From: a virus
Taxonomy: Duplodnaviria; Caudoviricetes
DNA length: 64,000 nt
Reading direction: 5' to 3' (one strand)
Virus record (IMG/VR): IMGVR_UViG_3300028610_002065
Location: 8,182-72,181 of that record
Part shown: in pieces, positions 18,310-26,153 of the stretch
Layout of the letters: each line of letters starts with the position of its first letter
Numbering within the stretch: the first letter of the stretch is position 1
The notes under the pieces: generated by a model
What the model was told of the DNA's origin: nothing
The model's input: only the letters and a program-made list of their open reading frames with translations
Database searches by the model: none
Made by a program: the position numbers and the translations under genes

Positions 18310-20966
18310 GTTATTCTTTCTCCCTTTAAGATTTTATCCATCACTCCGGAATATTTACCTTCGTATAATATTCCTTGAAGGATTGATCTTTTTGGATTTG
18401 AAAACGCCATAGCTAGAATCCAACTCTCTTGGTTTGGAGCAGATTGGATGCTATAATAATCTGGAGTAATTTTATCTCGGTTCTTTAACAGTCTCCACTT
18501 CCAATGGTTTTTCCACATGAGTTGAGCGACAACACATTCAAAGTGAACGTGATATATATCTTTATCATAAACATCGAACAATTCAGCAACTATATCAATG
18601 TATGTTTTTCTTTTAAATTTGTGTAGCAGTTCGGAAATAGATGCAAGATCTCCAATAATATCTTCTTGTTTCATTGAAGCATTATCTTCTTCTCCCTTTA
18701 TCATTGCTGAACCAGATGTATGAAATGTTCTTAAAACTAACTGGGTTCCTCTCTCACCAAGAGTTTGTGCTGCAATAATTCCAACGAATCTGCTATTTAA
18801 CTTTTTGTATAAATCACCATAACATCGACAACATACTTTTGGACTTTTACAAAGAATTGGACTTCGAATCATTATTTCTTTTCCAATTATATCTTTGAAG
18901 TTATCTTTAGTGATTTTGTATAAGGTTTTCTCATCTTCAGAAAGAGCGAATTTATTTATGAGCATTCTTGCTTTTCTTTCTGAAGTAACATCAACTGGTA
19001 ATAAATCAGTTGTGCCACAATCTTCTAATCCTTCATCAATTTGAAGATTGGCACATGTAAAAATTAATTTTCGTGAAAGATATCCTGAGGTGCCTGTGTT
19101 TAGTGCTATATCAAGTAATCCTTTTCTACAACCGTATGTTGAATAGAAAAACTCCTCTTGATTCAATCCTTCTAATAATGAATTTTTGATCGGATGTGGT
19201 AATATATGTCCATCAAAATTAGAGATGAATCCTCTTGAAAGAACTAACTGTCGAACTTGATCCCAGCTTCCTCTAGCTCCTGATTCAATCATATAAGAAT
19301 AAGAGAAATTTTTTCTCAGCATATTTGTAACTTCTGGGTTGGATAAAGATAATAATTGTTTTCTAGTTCCATCTTCAGAAAATATTTTTTCTTTGAGTTC
19401 AGTGATTCCATCTATACTGCACTCATTTAAAGATAATGTGCATCCTGATAAAGTTGCATACTTAAACCCCATCTTCTTAATATTATCTAAAATAATTGCC
19501 ACATCAGAATCCTTGTAAGCATCTTTAATTTCATTAAGAATTTCCAACAATTTCTTGTTGTCGATTGTTTCATTTACATCTGGATAATCATGTGGTAAAT
19601 AATTATTAAACTCTTCTCTTCCCCAATCAAATGATGTTGCATAATATATTCCTAGAATCACATCCTGACTTGGAATTGTTGTTAAACTCTCATTTGCAGG
19701 ACTATTTAGATTCTTTGTAACAAATATTTTTTCTCTTATCTCCTCTTTAGCTTCTTCAGTAATTGGTATATATACTGCCATTTGATCCCCATCAAAGTCT
19801 GCATTAAATGGTGGACATACTAAAGGATGAATCTTTATTACTTGATCTAATGTTACTTTAATATTAAAACCAAGCATCCCTAGTCTATGTAAAGATGGTT
19901 GCCTATTTAAGATGCAAACTTCATCCTTTGTTAGATCTTCACAGACCTTAAATAATACGGGAGATTGACTATCAATGCATTCATCAACAAAATCTATTGC
20001 TTTATTTAGGAGTTTGAATTTTCCTATTTCTATAATTCTTTTAGCAATAGGTAATTTGAAAATCTCAAGAACCATCAGATAAGGCAGTTTACATTGATCT
20101 AATCTAAGAGTTGGGTCTGGTGTAATAACAGCTCTACCGGAAAAATCAATTCTTTTTCCTAAAATGTTTCCTCTGATTAATCCTTCTTTTTTTGCCATTT
20201 TCTCAAGGATTCGATTATATAGTTCACTTATATCATTTTGTAATTGTTTGAAATAAGTGTAGTAAAGATTTTTATCTATCTGGATATTTATGATCGTATC
20301 TTTCATTGTCTCTTTCTTAGTGAGTATTTGAATATAATATCTATTGATTTTATCCATAAGATCTTTACCACTACCAGAACTTTTTGAAGTCGGTCTTAAG
20401 TCAGGTGGCAATACAATAATTTGGTTGATGATAAGACTGTCAAGATTGTCTTTAACTATTTGCCATTCTTTAATTCCTTCTGTAATCATATCAGCCGCCA
20501 AAGTTTCAACTAGAACATGAATGGCTTCAATTCGTTCCCATGTGTTAACTCCAGTTGGGATGCTTTCAGAATCAAGAGTTACAACCATCTCATTGTCAAT
20601 TAAATATAGAATGCTCTTATCATTTTTCATTAAATCATCAAGAGCACTCTTTAAACTACGACCACCTAGATCTACTAAGAGATCATAAAATATTGGATTG
20701 ACAACCGGAAGGGGTAATACAATTTTTGCGAATCTTTTTCTTCGCTCATCACTGTTTACAATATCAACTTTGCAATCATCGCATGTACCTCCGGATTTTG
20801 ATACTCCATGATATATACCACATTGGCATGTGTAATTTCTGACTGGCCCAAAGATTTGCTCTGAAAATAAACCTTTTGAGTGAAACTTCTTTTTTCCGAA
20901 TGTTTTTAAAGAGGTTACTTCCTCTAATGGTTCACAAAATTTATGATAATCTAAAATCTTTGGCAT
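18306..20966 (-). CDS. rpoC: Multisubunit RNA polymerase beta'-like subunit, set 1
   Basis: GLFSEQIFGP, CQCG..C.DC zinc finger, VLPPDLRP, LGKRIDFSGRAVI, NRQPSLH, catalytic FNADFDGD, TGTSGYLSRKL, TQLVLRTFHTSG; 886 aa. Confidence 0.95.
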   Translation of the reverse strand: MPKILDYHKFCEPLEEVTSLKTFGKKKFHSKGLFSEQIFGPVRNYTCQCGIYHGVSKSGGTCDDCKVDIVNSDERRKRFAKIVLPLPVVNPIFYDLLVDLGGRSLKSALDDLMKNDKSILYLIDNEMVVTLDSESIPTGVNTWERIEAIHVLVETLAADMITEGIKEWQIVKDNLDSLIINQIIVLPPDLRPTSKSSGSGKDLMDKINRYYIQILTKKETMKDTIINIQIDKNLYYTYFKQLQNDISELYNRILEKMAKKEGLIRGNILGKRIDFSGRAVITPDPTLRLDQCKLPYLMVLEIFKLPIAKRIIEIGKFKLLNKAIDFVDECIDSQSPVLFKVCEDLTKDEVCILNRQPSLHRLGMLGFNIKVTLDQVIKIHPLVCPPFNADFDGDQMAVYIPITEEAKEEIREKIFVTKNLNSPANESLTTIPSQDVILGIYYATSFDWGREEFNNYLPHDYPDVNETIDNKKLLEILNEIKDAYKDSDVAIILDNIKKMGFKYATLSGCTLSLNECSIDGITELKEKIFSEDGTRKQLLSLSNPEVTNMLRKNFSYSYMIESGARGSWDQVRQLVLSRGFISNFDGHILPHPIKNSLLEGLNQEEFFYSTYGCRKGLLDIALNTGTSGYLSRKLIFTCANLQIDEGLEDCGTTDLLPVDVTSERKARMLINKFALSEDEKTLYKITKDNFKDIIGKEIMIRSPILCKSPKVCCRCYGDLYKKLNSRFVGIIAAQTLGERGTQLVLRTFHTSGSAMIKGEEDNASMKQEDIIGDLASISELLHKFKRKTYIDIVAELFDVYDKDIYHVHFECVVAQLMWKNHWKWRLLKNRDKITPDYYSIQSAPNQESWILAMAFSNPKRSILQGILYEGKYSGVMDKILKGERIT

Positions 20967-20969
20967 AAG

Positions 20970-21203
20970 TTACTCCTCCGTTTTGAATGTTTCCATAAGA
21001 AATAAACCCATTGTAAAAAAGTGTTCCTTGACTTTTTTGGAAATCATTTTATCCAAGTCAGGCATCATCTCTTTTATAATGACTTGAACATCTTCAACTG
21101 CAAGATTAATCTCTCTTTCTTGAATAACTTTTTCAACTATCAGTTTGATATGATCTTCTAATGGTCTTATCTCATTTGCTTTTTTTAGTTTCTGACTTGA
21201 CAT
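20970..21203 (-). CDS. Hypothetical protein
   Basis: 77 aa, tiles with neighbours. Confidence 0.55.
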   Translation of the reverse strand: MSSQKLKKANEIRPLEDHIKLIVEKVIQEREINLAVEDVQVIIKEMMPDLDKMISKKVKEHFFTMGLFLMETFKTEE

Positions 21204-21429
21204 GTGTATTCACCTTCTTTTTGAGTTTGTTGCCATAAATATCAAGAAGTTCATCAACGTTTTGACTTCCTTGTTCCATTATTGCAGCAATTATTTTCTT
21301 AGAACTTTTCCTTACTACTTGAGTAAGACTGTCAATTGTTTCAGCAAGAATACCTTTCATTATGTTACGTGTTTTGTCTAGATTTTCCTTTGCCATTTTA
21401 CACCTCTTGTTTTCTATATTGAATTTCAT
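21172..21429 (-). CDS. Hypothetical protein
   Basis: 85 aa; true start probably MAKENL (GAGG RBS). Confidence 0.5.
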   Translation of the reverse strand: MKFNIENKRCKMAKENLDKTRNIMKGILAETIDSLTQVVRKSSKKIIAAIMEQGSQNVDELLDIYGNKLKKKVNTHVKSETKKSK

Positions 21430-21739
21430 TCCATGGGGTAAAGTAGCAATTATTCAAGTTGAATTGACTTAAAATTGTTTCGAGTAATTGTTGTGCATAA
21501 TGATTGAATGGCATTTTTCTTAGTTCATTTGGAATACAGAATTTACCACTGCTTGGTTGAGCATTTGGATGTTCTCCATTGATATGAACGTTATCTAGTT
21601 TGCCATCAATTATTGTAAGTTTATACCCTTTGATAAGATATTTACGTGGATACTTTATTATTCTGTAAACATCCCCGTTGTGAATGATTTTTTGTGGACT
21701 AATAAGGTTTTTAACTTCGACTTTTTTAAGATCCATCAT
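21398..21739 (-). CDS. Small E2/UBC-like protein
   Basis: GEHPNAQPSSGKFCI mirrors the E2 HPN...G.IC signature with a candidate catalytic Cys; ATGA overlap with the upstream ThiF gene. Confidence 0.5.
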   Translation of the reverse strand: MMDLKKVEVKNLISPQKIIHNGDVYRIIKYPRKYLIKGYKLTIIDGKLDNVHINGEHPNAQPSSGKFCIPNELRKMPFNHYAQQLLETILSQFNLNNCYFTPWNEIQYRKQEV

Positions 21740-22653
21740 GCTGCTCCTGTCTCTGGAATTAACTCAATTAAAATTTTATCATACTCTTTTGTACAAGACA
21801 CAACATAATTTTTAAAGTTACATGGTATTCTTGTTACAGAATCTAAATTTGTAATTAAATCATTTGCATTTTTTAAAAACCCCATCGGTATCACTGTTTG
21901 AGACATCGGCATAGATTTACTACCGACTATAACATTTAGATCATGCTTTTTATTTAAAGCAAGAATTGGAATAATTTTATCGGGAAGGTTAACGAATTTT
22001 TCATCTCCAGTATCATTTTCATATAAAACATCATATCGGCAGTTGTCAATCTTTTTTACATAATCTAACTCATATTTCTGTACTGACTTTAAATTAATTA
22101 ATGATTTAATTGTACCGCTATGTAAAATCATTGAAACTGTCATAGATGCATACCGTAGATCATCGCTTGTAAGAGTTTCTATATATCTACCATATAGCTG
22201 TTCTCGATAATGAACATTTTTTCTACAGTCAACAATAAGATATCTTGATGAAATATATAATCTACCATCAATATATGAGCCTCTGTTGTATGTGCTATCT
22301 CGACAATCAAGAACTAAATCTGTATTTGGCAAATATATATGATCTTTTGTTTCGTCAAATTTTATAGGAACTGTATCAACTTGAACGTTTGTAATTATAT
22401 CTTTTAATGCATCGACTTTTAATAGAGCAACGTCGATTTGCCTATATATTGAATTAGATAGATTTTTTACTTCAACTATATCGTGGTCTACAATAACTAA
22501 TTTCTCTAATCCTCCTAGATTAGAAACGGCTTCAGCAACGAAACCGCCCAATGTACCAACTCCAATTATTGTGACAGTTCGATATACCACGCTTATAGTT
22601 CTCCTTTCTTTATAGTGGGGGAGCGTGAACTCCCCCCCTGGCTGGCCTAGCAT
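21736..22653 (-). CDS. ThiF/E1-like adenylation enzyme (copy 2)
   Basis: VTIIGVGTLGG, IVDHDIVEVKNL, KVDAL, VLDCRD; true start likely the GTG of VVYRT after a GGAG RBS. Confidence 0.85.
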   Translation of the reverse strand: MLGQPGGEFTLPHYKERRTISVVYRTVTIIGVGTLGGFVAEAVSNLGGLEKLVIVDHDIVEVKNLSNSIYRQIDVALLKVDALKDIITNVQVDTVPIKFDETKDHIYLPNTDLVLDCRDSTYNRGSYIDGRLYISSRYLIVDCRKNVHYREQLYGRYIETLTSDDLRYASMTVSMILHSGTIKSLINLKSVQKYELDYVKKIDNCRYDVLYENDTGDEKFVNLPDKIIPILALNKKHDLNVIVGSKSMPMSQTVIPMGFLKNANDLITNLDSVTRIPCNFKNYVVSCTKEYDKILIELIPETGAA

Positions 22654-22656
22654 AAA

Positions 22657-23280
22657 TTATGCTGCTTCTGCTGACGCCTCTACTTTTACACTAGAGGCAC
22701 TTCGCTCCTTCAATAAAAGAGCTTCTTCTTGTCCTGCTGGGTTTGGCCGGTATTGTGATTTGTATTTATAAGTCTGATTGGCGATCTTTATCGGATAACT
22801 TAGAGGTAGCTGAAAAGCATATTTGGAGACACACTTTCCGTTACCATCAGATACTAAGATATCTATGGATGGATCAACCAATAAAATCTCTGGAATTTTA
22901 TCCTGAAATTCTGTATCATTATCCAGAGTTTTGCATTTAATCTCTCGCCTGACGGTTTCAAGATCTCTCCCAACTGGATTGATTTTGCCGTCATTTTCTT
23001 TTCGCATGAGAGCTTTCATTGCCCGACCGAAGGCTTTGTTCTTTCCCGCCTTCTTACAATAGACATCTTTAACTGAGCAGATCGAAACACCTCTTGCTTC
23101 AATCCGTCTCATTTCGCTGTTGATGAATAGGCATGTGGTGAATGCATTATTCAAGATCGGAGTGCTTCTATAATAAAAAGCAACTCTATCAACGCCATTT
23201 TGATCAAATATATTCTCGATATTTTTATCCATCGTCAAACCCCTTTGTTGGTGGGGGAGCCCCAATGGAGCTCCCACCAT
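22657..23280 (-). CDS. Hypothetical protein in ubiquitin-like cluster
   Basis: Likely start MDKNIEN; RGVSICS..D.YCKK.GK..A.GRA motif. Confidence 0.6.
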   Translation of the reverse strand: MVGAPLGLPHQQRGLTMDKNIENIFDQNGVDRVAFYYRSTPILNNAFTTCLFINSEMRRIEARGVSICSVKDVYCKKAGKNKAFGRAMKALMRKENDGKINPVGRDLETVRREIKCKTLDNDTEFQDKIPEILLVDPSIDILVSDGNGKCVSKYAFQLPLSYPIKIANQTYKYKSQYRPNPAGQEEALLLKERSASSVKVEASAEAA

Positions 23281-23285
23281 AGTTT

Positions 23286-23667
23286 CTATCCCTTACGACC
23301 GGCTGGTTTCAGGAATTCGAGACGGTCACCATTTTTCAGAACATAATTGGCATCCACCTCTTTACCATTGACGAGGCCAGTGGAAAGGCGATCCACATTC
23401 AGGACCTCTCTCAGGCCCGAACGGAGCGCTGGAGTTGCTCAGTACGGAGCTACCGGTAAAGTTAATACCTTGGAGGGGACCGGCGGCCTTTGCTTTAGGG
23501 GCCACAGACGTTCCGCCATCCTGATGTGCGATAATAGCATCAACCACAGCATCTTTCGCCAGTTTACTCAGACCGGAGATGCCGAGTTGTTGGAATGCCA
23601 TTTTCTTCAGACCTTTTGCTGTCATGCTATTCAGATCTTCACGTGAGTACACTTTTCTTCGTGCCAT
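23286..23667 (-). pseudogene. HeH/Rho_N-like + ubiquitin-like (beta-grasp) protein, frameshifted at ~23415
   Basis: Frame 1: MARRKVYSREDL...SSAPFG. The +1 frame continues LREVLNVDRLSTGLVNGKEVDANYVLKNGDRLEFLKPAGRKG-stop (23414-23286), a ThiS/MoaD/Ubl-type C-terminal half ending in Gly. Confidence 0.75.
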
Positions 23668-23681
23668 GTTACTAATTCTCC

Positions 23682-24371
23682 TTATGATGATTTTACGATT
23701 CTTGTTTGTGCATTTGCAGACAGTTGAAGAATATCAAAATATACCTCCGACTGTTGGTCGACCTGGCCCTTTACGATCGTTTTATAAAAGACCCAGCACA
23801 TGATGGTAGCTACCCCAAGATTTGTAAAATACAGTTGGGGTTCTGCTTGAGACAATTCTTCGCATGACATTTCTTCCGGTAACTGGTCTTCGGGATTGGC
23901 AATCTCAGGATGATATGCACAAAGATCCGGTGTTAAATCAATTCCTCCCCTCCGGACATAAACCTGCACATTACCATCTGTTAATTCGTTCCCACCAGAA
24001 ATAATTGTAACATCTCTCAATTGCATGCTGTAATTAGATATAATATTTCTGGTTTTGTGGTTGTCAACACAGATGAAGACTATGTCTCCTTCTCTGATAA
24101 CCTCCGCAACATTTGTTTCATTAATATATGCTTGAAACGAGTCAACTGGAACTTCGGGAAACTTCAACATAATTTCTGTAGCTTTCACATCCGCTTTGTT
24201 CCCGAATTGGTTAAACTCTTGCCGTTCATAGTTTTTTACTTCATAGTCGTCGCCATCTACTAAAAGGAGTTCCGCATCATAGTCTCTGCTATAATTAAGA
24301 AAGCGACATAGGCGTTCAATGAGAATACTGCCTACTCCACCTAGTCCTATAACTGTGATATTTAACTTCAC
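23682..24371 (-). CDS. ThiF/E1-like enzyme (copy 1)
   Basis: VIGLGGVGS, LVDGDDYEVKNYERQ, NKA, ICVDN..TR, ISGGNE, SCEE, QLYFTN. Confidence 0.9.
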   Translation of the reverse strand: MKLNITVIGLGGVGSILIERLCRFLNYSRDYDAELLLVDGDDYEVKNYERQEFNQFGNKADVKATEIMLKFPEVPVDSFQAYINETNVAEVIREGDIVFICVDNHKTRNIISNYSMQLRDVTIISGGNELTDGNVQVYVRRGGIDLTPDLCAYHPEIANPEDQLPEEMSCEELSQAEPQLYFTNLGVATIMCWVFYKTIVKGQVDQQSEVYFDILQLSANAQTRIVKSS

Positions 24372-26153
24372 TTACCCACCTCCACTTCCGAATACTCTTC
24401 TCATCATTTTCCTTAAAGAGTTATTGTGCTTATCTTCAGGACTTTGTGTTAAGAGAGGAATCTGTGGCTTCTGTGGATCTGGGAGCGGCTGTTTTTCTAA
24501 GGTTGAATCTTCTTCAGCTGCTGCCAGTAGTTCACCCGAATCCTTTTTGACAATCTTTTCGGATTCTATAGAAGTGCTGAATGGACTACAGTTGTAACCA
24601 TCCACCATGTATTCCCTACATTTAGGACAGGTTGCTACATCTCCTTCTGTTATAAATACGATCTTACATGATTTGCACTTATAAGACTGATTTGCTATAA
24701 GATTGCCCCCAGATTTGACTTCGATTTCTTCGTCTGACGTCGTGCCTGCTTCTGTTTTTCTATATTCGTTGAAATCGAGTTCCTCTTCGCAAAAAGGACA
24801 TGCATCTTCTCCTTTGTGGGTGAAGGTATTACCACATGTTGGACATACGAAATCATTCCCAATAACCGGATCCATAGGAGTTACATCAATTTTCTTCATA
24901 TCAATTTCATCCGGTGCTGGCTTTCCACATCCAGGGCAAATTGTTGATAAACCCAGATTAAATTTCAGATCACACTTATCACAAATTATATTGATTGATG
25001 TTTGACCTTTTTCAAACATATGATCATAGTTATCATCCAATACAAAGTTGTTGGTTTGTTCATCTTCATCGGGTCCGTCAACTTCTTCCGTATACTGTTC
25101 GATGGCCCAGTCGATTTTTTCATCCCTAAATAAACAGTTCTCACAGGGATTAAGATCTTCATCTTGATCATGGGGAGGAAATTCTATCCCAGCTGTTTTG
25201 TGTGGGCCAACATTTTGTGGAGGAATATGTTTACCTTGAACAACAGTCGGTGGAAGATTCTGCCTTCTCCACGGCTGACGATGTGCCCAACCCCAGGCAT
25301 CAGAGTCGTAATTGCCACCCCAACCTCGGTTGGCATATGCTCCATGACCATAAGCACGACCAAGACCAGCATAACTGTATGTTCCTTTTTCAACCACGTT
25401 CATCCATTTCTTATTGAAGCGTTTCTGGTGATCTGTTACTGTTACTGCATAGCGTTTATCATACTTTCGATGTGTGTATGAATACCGAGATGTTTGCTTC
25501 TCATCTTTGACGAGTTTTCCAGCCACATATTTATATACTGTCGTTGTCGCTTTTTGAACTTCCTCATCAATATCTTGGGTTAACTTTAGTTGTTCAACAT
25601 AGTCGTTTGGATTAACGATGATGCGATAACCATTGGCAACAATTGATGCTGAAATACTGATTTCTTCATCTCTCATGTTACCAAGGGTTATATGAAGTCC
25701 ATCAAAAGCTTCTTCATCTTTATCATCAGTTCCGGAGTGAAATGCCGACATTCCACCATGACTATGAATGGTTCCAATCATGGTTAATCCATCTATCGTT
25801 ATACCCCTATTGTAATCGCAAGCTCCACCGGTGACCTTCTGATGTGGGGGAATGATAGTATGGGTTTTCTTTTCTTCATTGTAGAACAGTAAAACAATTG
25901 CTTCAGCGTAATACTGATGATATACTGCTCTGAAGAACTCAATAACCTTCGCAAACTTTGGACCAGGGATTTTTGAAATTCTCATCCTGGCAGAAGCAGC
26001 AACACTTTCTAATGTTGAAATCTGATTGACTGGAGCAACACTATCCATGACTCCAATAGTTTTCTTCAAAAAGATTCCTTCTTTTGCTATAACATAATAA
26101 ACATCATCATCGGGCATTTGAGTTTGCCCGTCATTTACTACTACCTGGAACAT
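24372..26153 (-). CDS. JAB/MPN metalloprotease (PRTRC protein A-like) with C-terminal zinc ribbons
   Basis: EAIVLLFY...IGTIHSHGGMSAFHSGTDDKDE...GLHITLG; six CxxC pairs in the C-terminal half. Confidence 0.88.
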   Translation of the reverse strand: MFQVVVNDGQTQMPDDDVYYVIAKEGIFLKKTIGVMDSVAPVNQISTLESVAASARMRISKIPGPKFAKVIEFFRAVYHQYYAEAIVLLFYNEEKKTHTIIPPHQKVTGGACDYNRGITIDGLTMIGTIHSHGGMSAFHSGTDDKDEEAFDGLHITLGNMRDEEISISASIVANGYRIIVNPNDYVEQLKLTQDIDEEVQKATTTVYKYVAGKLVKDEKQTSRYSYTHRKYDKRYAVTVTDHQKRFNKKWMNVVEKGTYSYAGLGRAYGHGAYANRGWGGNYDSDAWGWAHRQPWRRQNLPPTVVQGKHIPPQNVGPHKTAGIEFPPHDQDEDLNPCENCLFRDEKIDWAIEQYTEEVDGPDEDEQTNNFVLDDNYDHMFEKGQTSINIICDKCDLKFNLGLSTICPGCGKPAPDEIDMKKIDVTPMDPVIGNDFVCPTCGNTFTHKGEDACPFCEEELDFNEYRKTEAGTTSDEEIEVKSGGNLIANQSYKCKSCKIVFITEGDVATCPKCREYMVDGYNCSPFSTSIESEKIVKKDSGELLAAAEEDSTLEKQPLPDPQKPQIPLLTQSPEDKHNNSLRKMMRRVFGSGGG

